NCBI GenBank assembly: GCA_030649995.1 | Contig: JAUSEV010000034.1 | Span: 19,482 to 83,481, forward strand | Direction of reading: 5' to 3' | Origin: Candidatus Uhrbacteria bacterium | GTDB lineage: Bacteria; Patescibacteriota; Patescibacteriia; 2-12-FULL-60-25 | DNA: 64,000 nt | Shown: positions 26,709 to 35,782 of the stretch, in pieces | Layout of the letters: each line of letters begins with the position of its first letter | Position numbering within the stretch: position 1 is the stretch's first letter | Program-made: the position numbers and the translations under genes | Notes under the pieces: model-generated | Told to the model about the DNA's origin: nothing | Seen by the model: only the letters and a program-made list of their open reading frames with translations | Database searches by the model: none

Positions 26709-26743
26709 CCGGCAGATGCTCTCACGCATCCGCCGGTTTTTTT
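26709..26743 (+). terminator. Intrinsic terminator
   Basis: CCGGCAGATGC-TCTCAC-GCATCCGCCGG followed by T7. Confidence 0.7.
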
Positions 26744-26781
26744 ATTCTCTCTTAAGGTCAATATCCCGCAGCTCCGGCTAG

Positions 26782-26930
26782 CGTCTATCTCTCTGTCATT
26801 GCGCGGAGGAGTCCGCGACGACGAAGCAATCTCTCCGCAGCCATCTGCTCCAGAGATGCGCTCACCTCAGGCGAGGGAGATTGCCACGCTTCGTATGACT
26901 TCGCTCGCAATGACAGTGATTTGATACCCC
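26782..26930. mobile_element. MITE copy 2 (TIR TGTCATTGCG..CGCAATGACA)
   Basis: Homologous to 1400-1520 with an extra ~33-nt internal segment. Confidence 0.6.
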
Positions 26931-26956
26931 GTCAACTTGCTGCGGGGTAGTTTATT

Positions 26957-26990
26957 CTCATTACTCATTACTCATTACTCATTACGCATT
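26957..26990. repeat. Heptamer tandem repeat (CTCATTA)x4
   Basis: Intergenic, immediately downstream of the GT4 gene stop. Confidence 0.85.
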
Positions 26991-26992
26991 TT

Positions 26993-28228
26993 TCATCCCA
27001 TCCTCCCCTGCCCCGCGGCTTCGCGATAAAATTCCATCAATCTTTCCAGATGTTGCGACCACAGATGATGTTCGATGATTTTTTCTCGACCTGCCAAGCC
27101 CATCTCACGACGCACTTCGACTGGGAGCGCTAAAAATCGCCGCAAGGTATGCTCCCAATCTTCCACATCGCCGGGAGCGACCAAAAATCCGTTGACTCCA
27201 TCTTCCACCAATTCAGGATTGCCGCCGATGCGCGTCGTTAAACACGGCAATCCGGAAGCCATGGCCTCGAGCAATGATCCTGAAGCGTTTTCATAACTGA
27301 CACTCGGCAAAATGAGAGCTTCGGCGCGACGACGAATCATGGCCAATTCTTCCGGTTTTAGAAAACCAAGAAATTCAATATGAGAAGCCTGCAAGGAACG
27401 CGAGAGAGATCGCAACGGCTGATCCTCCGGCCCGCGCCCGGCGATTTTGATCGGCAGTTCCGGAACCTGCGCGGCGGCACGTATAAAACTCTCCAATCCT
27501 TTTTCGAGAGACAATCGGCCGGCATACAGGAGATATCCTCCGCCACCGGGAACAGGTTCTTCCGGAAGATCAGTAGGATTTGCAAGATAACGCAGTTGAT
27601 TGGCAGGTTCTCCCCAGTCGATCATCGTGCGTTGCATGAATGTGGATGGACACAAAAAGAGTTGCACGGTTTTTTCATAAGACTGTCGGCGTTTGGTCAT
27701 CCACATTTCAAAAGCCGTGAGAGCGTTTCCAAAAAAATCAGGTGCCGCGCATCGCCGTTTGAAGATCTCAAAATATCGACCGCCCTTAGCATGTTCGCAC
27801 ACGCCTTTTTGATCAAACATTCCGTAGACCGGATTAGCGAGCTTGTAATCATGCAGCGTCATGACACATGGCAAATGACGGTCGCGAATCGGCTTTAACA
27901 CCGAAGAAGAAAGATGGTGATAGATATTATGAAGATGAACAATGTCCGGTCGCAGATCGTCTAACATACGCGATAATGACCGTTCGGCCTCGCGATTCCA
28001 AAGAAATTTGATCGCTTTGCAAAGATCACGCCAAGGTCCCTCGCGCCGGTGCATGGCCAATCTCGAAACAAAATATTTGGCATCCGGCGTCGGAAAATTT
28101 GTCGCGCCTTGCGTGGAAAACACATGCACCTCATGCCCCGCCTCGCGCTCAACTTTAATCAACCCGTGAAGATACGTCTCCGCTCCCCCATGAAGATCAA
28201 AAAATTTATTGATGTGGAGAATGCGCAT
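26993..28228 (-). CDS. Glycosyltransferase family 4 (GT-B)
   Basis: N-terminal MRILHINKFF..GG and C-terminal EASGSLLEAMASGLPCLTT motif. Confidence 0.85.
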   Translation of the reverse strand: MRILHINKFFDLHGGAETYLHGLIKVEREAGHEVHVFSTQGATNFPTPDAKYFVSRLAMHRREGPWRDLCKAIKFLWNREAERSLSRMLDDLRPDIVHLHNIYHHLSSSVLKPIRDRHLPCVMTLHDYKLANPVYGMFDQKGVCEHAKGGRYFEIFKRRCAAPDFFGNALTAFEMWMTKRRQSYEKTVQLFLCPSTFMQRTMIDWGEPANQLRYLANPTDLPEEPVPGGGGYLLYAGRLSLEKGLESFIRAAAQVPELPIKIAGRGPEDQPLRSLSRSLQASHIEFLGFLKPEELAMIRRRAEALILPSVSYENASGSLLEAMASGLPCLTTRIGGNPELVEDGVNGFLVAPGDVEDWEHTLRRFLALPVEVRREMGLAGREKIIEHHLWSQHLERLMEFYREAAGQGRMG

Positions 28229-28229
28229 A

Positions 28230-29315
28230 TCAGGACGGATTTAACAAACCTCGATACAAAGCCGCATACTCTTTGGTCATCTGCTCAAGAGAAAAATGTT
28301 CACGCACTATCTGTTCAGCGCGATGCGCTCGCTGCAGAGCCGCCGGATAATGGTCGAGCGCCTGTTCAATCGCATGAACCCAAGCTGTTTTGGAAGAGCT
28401 GGCAAAGGCGTATAACACCTCTTCTTCACTAAACATTTCTTTAAACACGGGCAACGGACTGGCGATGATGGGAATACCGCTCGCGGCCGCTTCAAGCAAC
28501 ACCAAACCCTGACCTTCAGAAGTGGATGGAAAACACAAAAGATCCGCTTCGGCCAAGTAAGGAGCGATGTCCGCGACCGAACCGACAAATCGAATGCGTG
28601 ATTCTATATGGAGAGAAGCGGCTAAAGCTCGCAGATGCGTCTCCTCCGGCCCCTCGCCGATCAAACTTAATTCCCACGGATGTCGGATCGTAGCTAAGGC
28701 CTTTAATAGAGTTGCTTGATTTTTGCCTGCGACCAATCTGCCAACGCATAAAATTCTTGGTACCGCATGAGGCAAAATGCGCGGATGTGATGGAAAGCGC
28801 GAGAGGTCGATGCCGCTGTGAATCACGGACAGACACCGTTCGGGAATTTCATACGTGTCTCGCATGGATTGACACACCCCTTTTGAGACGCACACGATGT
28901 GATCTACCCGCTGCATGATCGGACGACGTAACCAGCGAGTTCTCCACGGCAATTGAGACTCATCGCTGTGAGCCGTGAGAATCCATGGATGCATATGCTG
29001 TTGAAAAGCCGCTCGACCGGCCCACACATCGCTCCCCAAATGCGTATGCCAAATCGCCGGTTTGTGTTTCAACAATTGCTGCTCAAAAAACTTTACCGTC
29101 TGCCACCGCTCCCACAGCTTTGGACCTCCATGCGGTCCGATGGTAAGTGGAATGCCCGCGGTCTTAAAATCAGCCTCCATATCTCCGCCAAAAGCGGCTA
29201 ACACCCTCGTATCAAACCCTTGAGAAGGCAATGTCCGCACCAAATCAAACACCATGCGTTCAGCACCGGCGCGCCCCAAGCTCCACAACACATGAATCAC
29301 CAAAGGATTAGCCAT
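28230..29315 (-). CDS. Glycosyltransferase family 4 (GT-B)
   Basis: PSTSEGQGLVLLEAAASGIPIIAS motif. Adjacent to the other GT4 gene. Confidence 0.85.
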   Translation of the reverse strand: MANPLVIHVLWSLGRAGAERMVFDLVRTLPSQGFDTRVLAAFGGDMEADFKTAGIPLTIGPHGGPKLWERWQTVKFFEQQLLKHKPAIWHTHLGSDVWAGRAAFQQHMHPWILTAHSDESQLPWRTRWLRRPIMQRVDHIVCVSKGVCQSMRDTYEIPERCLSVIHSGIDLSRFPSHPRILPHAVPRILCVGRLVAGKNQATLLKALATIRHPWELSLIGEGPEETHLRALAASLHIESRIRFVGSVADIAPYLAEADLLCFPSTSEGQGLVLLEAAASGIPIIASPLPVFKEMFSEEEVLYAFASSSKTAWVHAIEQALDHYPAALQRAHRAEQIVREHFSLEQMTKEYAALYRGLLNPS

Positions 29316-29360
29316 GCTGCGTAGTGTACGGCCAGATGGGTTTTAAGACAAAAGTTGTTC

Positions 29361-29388
29361 TTGACATAAATGATCTTTATGCTATACT
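29361..29388 (+). promoter_or_regulatory. Near-consensus sigma70-type promoter
   Basis: TTGACA (29361-29366), 16-nt spacer, TATACT (29383-29388). Confidence 0.55.
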
Positions 29389-29392
29389 GCTT

Positions 29393-29457
29393 ATTGTCAA
29401 GCACGGAACCCATTGAAACTCCGAAAGTCCGAGACCAAAATCTCGGTCTTTTTTTTT
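29393..29457 (+). ncRNA. Candidate small RNA 1 (unknown family)
   Basis: Starts after the consensus promoter. CCGAGA..TCTCGG hairpin followed by T9. Contains GTCAAGCACGGAA, which is complementary to 29519-29531. Confidence 0.35.
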
Positions 29458-29484
29458 CTATAAAAAATAGACTATACTGTTCGT

Positions 29485-29600
29485 CGTGGAGTACGAGGGG
29501 GCCACCTCATGGTGAGGATTCCGTGCTTGACACTCGGATAGAGGGGTTCAATGCCCCTTGGCTCCACACTAAAAGCTACCCTCATGGGTGGTTTTTAGTT
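29485..29600 (+). ncRNA. Candidate small RNA 2 with a tRNA-like T-arm (unknown family)
   Basis: Second TATACT box at 29473-29478. AGGGG-TTCAATG-CCCCT arm followed by TGGCTCCA. Terminal hairpin CTACCC..GGGTGG followed by T5. Confidence 0.35.
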
Positions 29601-29634
29601 CTATAAATCCTCATTCCTCATTCCGACCGCCAGA

Positions 29635-30249
29635 TTATTGTTTGGTTCCGCTACGCACGATCTCGCCCGTTTCTGCGTTGATCCTAATGACCTCGTCTTT
29701 TCCATCGTCGGCTCTATCTACGTAGGTGAAAGTACGTCCATCCCATTCAACTCCGGTGGTCGGAGGATAGAGAAATCGTTTGTAGTAATCGTCATTGTTC
29801 AACGAAACCAGCTTGGGATCTGTATTGGTGAGCTGTTTGATTTTGCCGGTAGCGATTTCGTAGACAAAGAGGCTGGGCGTCGCCCGAGCATCGGTGATGT
29901 GGGTCGACTTCACGAAGAGGAGGAGCTGGCCATCTGGAGAAAATGACTCAGGCCAATGGGTGCTGGTCCGTGCCAGCTCTTTTCTTAAACCATTTGGCCC
30001 CTCAACAATCAAAGCATACGAAGGATCGTCGTCTATTTTGATTCGGTATGCTCTCCACGTATTGTCGGGGGACTTAATTTCAAAAGATTCGTCTCCGACC
30101 CGATCGGAACCAAGCCTGTCGCCTTCAACGTCGTGAAATGGAGTATATGGTTCGGATAGAGGCGCGGACTGCTTGCAACCAACGCCAAGAACAGCAAGAA
30201 GAGTAGCTCCCGCGAGTATCACAGACATCAATAAATTGGAATTTATCAT
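29635..30249 (-). CDS. Hypothetical lipoprotein
   Basis: Signal peptide with lipobox LGVGC. Confidence 0.55.
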   Translation of the reverse strand: MINSNLLMSVILAGATLLAVLGVGCKQSAPLSEPYTPFHDVEGDRLGSDRVGDESFEIKSPDNTWRAYRIKIDDDPSYALIVEGPNGLRKELARTSTHWPESFSPDGQLLLFVKSTHITDARATPSLFVYEIATGKIKQLTNTDPKLVSLNNDDYYKRFLYPPTTGVEWDGRTFTYVDRADDGKDEVIRINAETGEIVRSGTKQ

Positions 30250-30369
30250 AGACTTTTACTTAGCCGAGCAGGAATGAAGCAGAACCGAATGTACAGGGAG
30301 GATGCCGACTCGGTTACGGAGCTTAGTTGGAATAGAATGATGTGCATTCGGTCGGGTGCTGCGATCAAA

Positions 30370-31815
30370 TTACGCTCCATGCGATGGCGACAAAAAATCC
30401 GGATCGCGTTCGGATTGTGTATGTAAAAAAATCTTTCCGGCCACAAGTAAGATTCCTACGGGCAACCAGAGTCTCGATGTCCAATAGGTCGTATCAAAAA
30501 GTTGATACACAAACGCGCCTAAGGCCGCGGCGATCAGGTACATGTAGGCCCGACGCTCTTCCCGATTCTTTTTGAGGAGTTGCCATGTGAAGCGAGTATG
30601 CCGCAAAACGATGATGAATAACACAATAAACGCTGCGAATCCGGCGAGGCCGGTCTCTGACAAAAGTTTTTGAATCAATCCGTGAGAATCTACCGGCGTT
30701 CCAAACTCAACCGTATAGGCATAGATGTGCGATACGCGTTCCTCAAAACTTCCAGCACCTGTGCCGAGCCAAGGACTGCTCTTAAACAAATGCCAGGCAA
30801 CGCTTGTGATCGTGGCGCGCGCCTCGGTTGATCCTTTTACTTCCGTACTGAATGAAAGACCGATCATGAATATCAAAAAAGGTAGGAACGCACAAAACAG
30901 AACGGACACGAGGCGAAGATGCTGTTTAATCCACGGTTTCCAAATGGTCGTTCCGAGCAACACACATTCCGCGGCAAGCACAATCCACGCCGAACGAGCA
31001 AAGGTGAGCAAAGTGACAACGAGCATCCCGCCGACGGCCAACACCACCCACGGCTCCGAGCGTTTTGAACGATGAAGCTCAAACCATGCCAACAAAGCCG
31101 GAGCCGCAAATAACAAAAGTTCGGCCAACGCATTATGATTTCCGCCCAAAGGCGAAACGCCTAACAAGGGCAATGGTCTGGCTCGATGAAATCCCTCGAC
31201 GGCGCCGGAAACAAACAGAGAACGAAAACCGTCTAAAGAAAAAATAACGCCCACAACCCCAAACAAAAGCAGCACGGACATCAGGCGGCGACGGGTTTGT
31301 AAAAAATTTACCGGCAATAACACGCAGGTTAAATACACAAACAACACCGGACGAAGACTGTATTTTAATCCCAAAATAGGATCAGGTGAGATGGTCGAAA
31401 ATACGGATAGGACGTGAGCGGCAACCACGAGCGCGTAGGCTCCGGCGAGCGGCAACCACGGCTTCCAACCTTGCGGTCGTGCGCGACTCATGAGCAAAAG
31501 ACGAAACGCCCAAACCGCCAATAACGCGCCGGCGATCAACTCTCCCAAACTCACGTCAATGGATCCGCCAAAAGCTCGCTCGCCGAATTGCACGGATCCG
31601 GTCGGAAAAGAAACTAAAAATCCCAAAAGAGGCGCGGTTGCCATCCACACAAAAAAACTCTGATAGGGAAATTGCCAAACCACGATGCCAACGAGCACAA
31701 TGCCTATAAAATAACTCACTTCCAACGGAATACCGATCGTGATGAGGAATGCGGCAACCGCGAGCAGTAAAAACAACCCCCAACTTAGGCGTTGCCACAA
31801 TGGCGAAGGAAACAT
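30370..31815 (-). CDS. O-antigen ligase/Wzy-like polytopic membrane protein
   Basis: More than 10 TM helices and a large loop with a WLGTGAGSFE-type motif. GGGTGAT RBS before the ATG at 31815. Confidence 0.5.
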   Translation of the reverse strand: MFPSPLWQRLSWGLFLLLAVAAFLITIGIPLEVSYFIGIVLVGIVVWQFPYQSFFVWMATAPLLGFLVSFPTGSVQFGERAFGGSIDVSLGELIAGALLAVWAFRLLLMSRARPQGWKPWLPLAGAYALVVAAHVLSVFSTISPDPILGLKYSLRPVLFVYLTCVLLPVNFLQTRRRLMSVLLLFGVVGVIFSLDGFRSLFVSGAVEGFHRARPLPLLGVSPLGGNHNALAELLLFAAPALLAWFELHRSKRSEPWVVLAVGGMLVVTLLTFARSAWIVLAAECVLLGTTIWKPWIKQHLRLVSVLFCAFLPFLIFMIGLSFSTEVKGSTEARATITSVAWHLFKSSPWLGTGAGSFEERVSHIYAYTVEFGTPVDSHGLIQKLLSETGLAGFAAFIVLFIIVLRHTRFTWQLLKKNREERRAYMYLIAAALGAFVYQLFDTTYWTSRLWLPVGILLVAGKIFLHTQSERDPDFLSPSHGA

Positions 31816-31836
31816 TTTTTGAATCACCCTCTCAGT

Positions 31837-33216
31837 TTACACTAAACCCAGCTTTTTTTTAACTTCATGAATCGCTTTTTTGACATCAACGATTTCTTGA
31901 GTCCCGGAATCCATGTCGCGTAAAATGGCGGTTCCATCCAACACTTCCTTTTGTCCGATAACCATGGTCCACTTGGCGGTTCGTCGATTGGCGATTTCCA
32001 TTTGACTCTTAATGGAAGACTTGGCAAACGCCTCTCCCACCATAATTCCCGCTTCACGAAATTCCTCAAAAAGAGCCAGAGCTTTTTTCCGTCCCATCTC
32101 GCCTAACTGCGCCAAAAATACGTCTATGTGACGAGCGGACTCAACCACCGGCGATTTTTTCTTGAGACGGGAAACGATACGATCCAGTCCCAAACCAAAA
32201 CCGGCGGCAGGCGTCGGGCGTCCACCTAAAAGCTCTACCAACCCATCATAACGTCCGCCTCCTCCGAGCGCGGATTGCGCCAATTCCTGATCATCACTCG
32301 TGGCATAAATCTCGAACACCGTCTTTGTATAATAATCCAACCCGCGCACCAAATACGGATCAAGTTGATACGGCACCCCCACTTCGTCAAGATATTCGAG
32401 AACGCGCATAAAGTGCGATTTTGATTCCTCATCCAACCAATCCACCATCTGTGGAGCTTCCATTTTTAACTCTTGCATTCCCGGATCTTTTGAATCCAAC
32501 ACACGAAGAGGATTTTTGAGAAGACGCTTTTTATCCTCTTCCGAAAGCTGATGTCTCTTGCTGCGAAAATACGTTACCAGAGCATTCTTGTAATTGATGC
32601 GCGACTCGGGCGTGCCGAGAGAATTGACTCGCACCGTCACATCAATCCCCAAGGCCTTAAAAAAATTCCAAGCCATGATGATGAGTTGGGCGTCAATCAC
32701 CGGTTCGGCGTCTCCAATGCACTCAAAACCTGTGGTAAAAAACTGGCGGAAACGGTCAGCTTGCGGACGATCGTGACGGAACAACGGTCCCGTGTACCAC
32801 AGCTTTACCGGTTGAGGTTGATTTAACATGCCGTGCTGAACATAGGCTCGTACCACGGAAGCGGTTCCTTCCGGACGTAAAGAGATGGATTCACCTCCCG
32901 GCGTTTCCCAACTATACAATTCTTTTTCGACGATATCCGTGGCTTTCCCGACTCCGCGAACAAACAAGGTTGTTTCCTCCACGATCGGGGTGTCAATTCG
33001 CTCATATCCATACTCCTCGGCGATCTTTTCCGATTGAACAGCCAGTTGTTTCCAATAATGCTGATCCGTCGGCAACAGATCTCTCATGCCGCGCACAAGC
33101 TGAATCGGATGCATCCCCTTTTTTGGAACAAACGGAGGAAGCACGGGCGCAAGTTTTGGTGGCGCCACGTAGGGAGCTCTCTTGGGTGCCGACGATTTTG
33201 ATTTTGTGTTGGGCAT
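31837..33216 (-). CDS. hisS: Histidyl-tRNA synthetase
   Basis: VRGMRDLLP, class II motifs, GGGGRYDGL. Confidence 0.95.
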   Translation of the reverse strand: MPNTKSKSSAPKRAPYVAPPKLAPVLPPFVPKKGMHPIQLVRGMRDLLPTDQHYWKQLAVQSEKIAEEYGYERIDTPIVEETTLFVRGVGKATDIVEKELYSWETPGGESISLRPEGTASVVRAYVQHGMLNQPQPVKLWYTGPLFRHDRPQADRFRQFFTTGFECIGDAEPVIDAQLIIMAWNFFKALGIDVTVRVNSLGTPESRINYKNALVTYFRSKRHQLSEEDKKRLLKNPLRVLDSKDPGMQELKMEAPQMVDWLDEESKSHFMRVLEYLDEVGVPYQLDPYLVRGLDYYTKTVFEIYATSDDQELAQSALGGGGRYDGLVELLGGRPTPAAGFGLGLDRIVSRLKKKSPVVESARHIDVFLAQLGEMGRKKALALFEEFREAGIMVGEAFAKSSIKSQMEIANRRTAKWTMVIGQKEVLDGTAILRDMDSGTQEIVDVKKAIHEVKKKLGLV

Positions 33217-33231
33217 ATGATGTAGAAAAAT

Positions 33232-33323
33232 GAGTAATGAGTAATGCGTAATGCGTAATGAGTAATGCGTAATGAGTAATGAGCCATTCAGATCGCATTA
33301 CGCATTACTCATTACGCATTACG
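33232..33323. repeat. Heptamer array (RGTAATG)x7 facing four inverted units: a hairpin built from heptamers
   Basis: gagtaat/gcgtaat units at 33232-33280. Reverse-complement units cattacg/cattact at 33295-33323. Confidence 0.85.
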
Positions 33324-33328
33324 TTCGT

Positions 33329-33931
33329 CTAATACATTGGCGCTTCAAACAATTTCCATCGATCCACCGGATATCCGCGCAACCAGACACGGCCAACGAT
33401 AGAAGATCTGGCCACGGGTCCAAAAATCCGCGAATCCAAACTGGATGCTCGGTTATCTCCCATCAAATAATACTCTCCGGGTTTGAGCGTGATGGTTTGC
33501 GTGGAACCGGTTACTTCTTGGTCCAAATAGGAACGCTCGTCCAACAGCATGCCGTTTGGAAACGTGTGATTGTACACCTTGACTTTTCCGGTGGCGATCT
33601 CGACGGTTTCGCTCGGCAATCCTATGACGCGTTTAATGAAAAATTGTTTCGGATCGCGCGGATAACGAAAGACCACAATGTCCCCTCGCTTTGGTTCGCG
33701 AAGACGATAGGAAATTTCGTCAATAACGAGATACTCGTGATCAAAAAAATTTGGCTCCATGCTGGCGCCTTTAACATAAAAAGGCTGAACCAGAAAATAT
33801 CGTATCGGAATGATGATCGCGAGCGACACGGCCAGCACTTCGATGAGTTCAAAAGCGAGGGCCAGGGTTTTACCGCCGGAAGAAGTTGGCGCTTCGCTCG
33901 GATGGCGAGAACGCGAAAAGGGAAAAGCCAT
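33329..33931 (-). CDS. lepB: Signal peptidase I
   Basis: GASMEPNF, RGDIVVF and GDNRASSLDSR boxes. Confidence 0.9.
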   Translation of the reverse strand: MAFPFSRSRHPSEAPTSSGGKTLALAFELIEVLAVSLAIIIPIRYFLVQPFYVKGASMEPNFFDHEYLVIDEISYRLREPKRGDIVVFRYPRDPKQFFIKRVIGLPSETVEIATGKVKVYNHTFPNGMLLDERSYLDQEVTGSTQTITLKPGEYYLMGDNRASSLDSRIFGPVARSSIVGRVWLRGYPVDRWKLFEAPMY

Positions 33932-33993
33932 GGATCACAGGATACCGCCTATCCCAAAGATTGTCGAGGGATAAAAAAAGTCCGCAGGACGCT

Positions 33994-34743
33994 TCAATCT
34001 CTCCCCGGCCACTCCTTAATCGCCCGCTCCCACCGCTCCATGGTTCCGCAATCAAACCATGGACCGTTTAACCGGCATCCGCCCAAACGTCCGGCAGATG
34101 CCAAGTCCGGAAACAGTTCTTTTTCCAACATTAAAAATTTCTTCTCACGACTGACTTCGGAAAAAATGCCGGGTTCGATCACATATAATCCGGAATTGAT
34201 AAGATTTGACGGCGGGTTGGCCGGTTTTTCATGGAACGCTTTAATGCGTTCGCCCGCCAATTCCGCCACGCCATAATCGGAAGGATTGGGCACTTCGATC
34301 AGCGCAATGGTCGTCGCATAGTTCGATGATGTGACCCTCTCTCGTCTATGAAATGCTTCCAAGACAGACAGATCCAACCCTTTAAGTTCATCGCCGTTGG
34401 TCACAAATATCGGTTCATCTCCCAGCTGATTCGAAAGTTCATGCACAAACGCACCCATGGTGCCGAGAGGTTCGGGTTCGACGAATAGTTCTATCGAAAC
34501 CTCACCTAACCTCTCCTTCGTAAGGAGAGGAATAAGATCGTTGCGCCATTTTTCAAATGCTTCTCGCCATCGAGGGGGAATAATCACGAGAATATGTTCT
34601 ACCCCGTGTCGCGCAAACCAACGGGCTTGCCAGGTTAAGATCGGCAGTCCTTGAACCGGTACGAGAGGTTTGGGAATCTCAAGCGTCACCGGACGTAAAC
34701 GCGTGCCATCTCCTCCGGCCTGAATCACGGCTTTTCGGATCAT
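33994..34743 (-). CDS. Sugar-phosphate nucleotidyltransferase
   Basis: N-terminal AGGDGTRLRPVTLEIPKPLVPV motif. Confidence 0.8.
   Translation of the reverse strand: MIRKAVIQAGGDGTRLRPVTLEIPKPLVPVQGLPILTWQARWFARHGVEHILVIIPPRWREAFEKWRNDLIPLLTKERLGEVSIELFVEPEPLGTMGAFVHELSNQLGDEPIFVTNGDELKGLDLSVLEAFHRRERVTSSNYATTIALIEVPNPSDYGVAELAGERIKAFHEKPANPPSNLINSGLYVIEPGIFSEVSREKKFLMLEKELFPDLASAGRLGGCRLNGPWFDCGTMERWERAIKEWPGRD
34510..34530. repeat. 21-nt palindrome CCTCTCCTTCGTAAGGAGAGG in frame in the nucleotidyltransferase
   Basis: Identical to 11942-11962. Encodes PLLTKERLGE. Confidence 0.85.
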
Positions 34744-34793
34744 ATTGATCCTGAATCGTGAATCATGAAACCTGAATCGTCAAGCAAAACCCT

Positions 34794-35765
34794 TCATCCC
34801 ATCCACTCCTTCACAATCGCTTCCGCTTCTTTTGCGTCCTTCACCCAATGGATACGTGGATCGCGCTTAAACCACGTCACTTGCCGTTTGGCATATTGAC
34901 GAGTCGCACGCTTGATTTTTTCCGTTGCCTCCTCAAGAGAGATTTCTCCGCGCACATGAGCAGCCAACTCTCGATACCCGATGGAAGTCATGGCCGGGGC
35001 ATCCCAAGGAATACCTCGATGATGAAGTTTTTTGACTTCCTCCACCCAGCCGCGTTGCATCATATTGTCCAACGCGTTTTCAATACGAGTGTACAGCTCT
35101 TCGCGAGGGCGGGCGATGCCGATCAAACAGGCATCCACAACTGGCTTGGCCTTGGCGCGCAACAAAGAAAACGGCTTACCGGTAAAGGTAATGACTTCAA
35201 GCGCACGCAACACTCGACGACGGTTGCGTAAATCAACAACCTTGGACGCTTCCGGATCCGCGTGATGCAGCAACGCGACCAATTCTTCCAATGTTTTGGT
35301 GTCCATAGCTCGACGATACGCGTTTTGCGGAGCCACGGATGGAATTTTGTAGTTATCAATCAACGCTTGAATATATAACCCCGTTCCCCCCACAACCATC
35401 GGTAAACGACCGCGACTCAAAATATCTTTCGAGCATCTCCGAGCTTCTTTGCGCCATTCCGCCACCGTACAAATTTTGGTCGGCGATAAAAAATCCATCA
35501 AATGGTGCGGGACGTCTTCTACAATAAATAAACGGTGCTTATCCCGAACACGGTGTTCCCCGGTCTCGGGCTTGCCTGTGCCAATATCAAAATAGCGATA
35601 CACTTGCCGCGCATCCGCATTGATCACCTCTCCATTAAAGCGTTTGGCGAGCGCGATTCCAAGGTCGGTTTTGCCAGAAGCGGTGGGCCCCACTATGCAC
35701 AAAACGCGCGGAAGCGCGCGTTTTGTACTCATCCCCGCCATCAGCGGGGATGCTGAAATGCTCAT
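34794..35765 (-). CDS. miaA: tRNA dimethylallyltransferase; start uncertain (35765, 35741 or 35732)
   Basis: GPTASGKT P-loop and INADARQVY motif. Confidence 0.9.
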   Translation of the reverse strand: MSISASPLMAGMSTKRALPRVLCIVGPTASGKTDLGIALAKRFNGEVINADARQVYRYFDIGTGKPETGEHRVRDKHRLFIVEDVPHHLMDFLSPTKICTVAEWRKEARRCSKDILSRGRLPMVVGGTGLYIQALIDNYKIPSVAPQNAYRRAMDTKTLEELVALLHHADPEASKVVDLRNRRRVLRALEVITFTGKPFSLLRAKAKPVVDACLIGIARPREELYTRIENALDNMMQRGWVEEVKKLHHRGIPWDAPAMTSIGYRELAAHVRGEISLEEATEKIKRATRQYAKRQVTWFKRDPRIHWVKDAKEAEAIVKEWMG

Positions 35766-35782
35766 GGAACGTCTCTTTACCA

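Noticed and set aside
29421-29446. RNase P RNA, suggested by the CR-I-like GAAAGTCCG box
   Set aside because: The whole locus is about 210 nt, contains an internal T9 terminator, and lacks the other conserved regions (AGGGTGAAA..GGTAAGAGC, ACAGAA..CGGCTTA).
29488-29566. A canonical tRNA gene (T-arm AGGGG-TTCAATG-CCCCT, 3' TGGCTCCA, anticodon-like loop CTTGACA giving UGA/Ser)
   Set aside because: The 5' strand GGAGTAC pairs with only 5 of 7 acceptor positions. No D-arm with the usual GG loop can be drawn. Position 37 would be a pyrimidine and the 5' part is too long. Kept only as a tRNA-like feature of an unassigned RNA.
33272-34276. The 334-aa plus-strand ORF across lepB and the nucleotidyltransferase
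   Set aside because: It is antisense to two well-supported genes with clear catalytic motifs, starts inside a heptamer repeat array, and has no RBS or recognisable domains.
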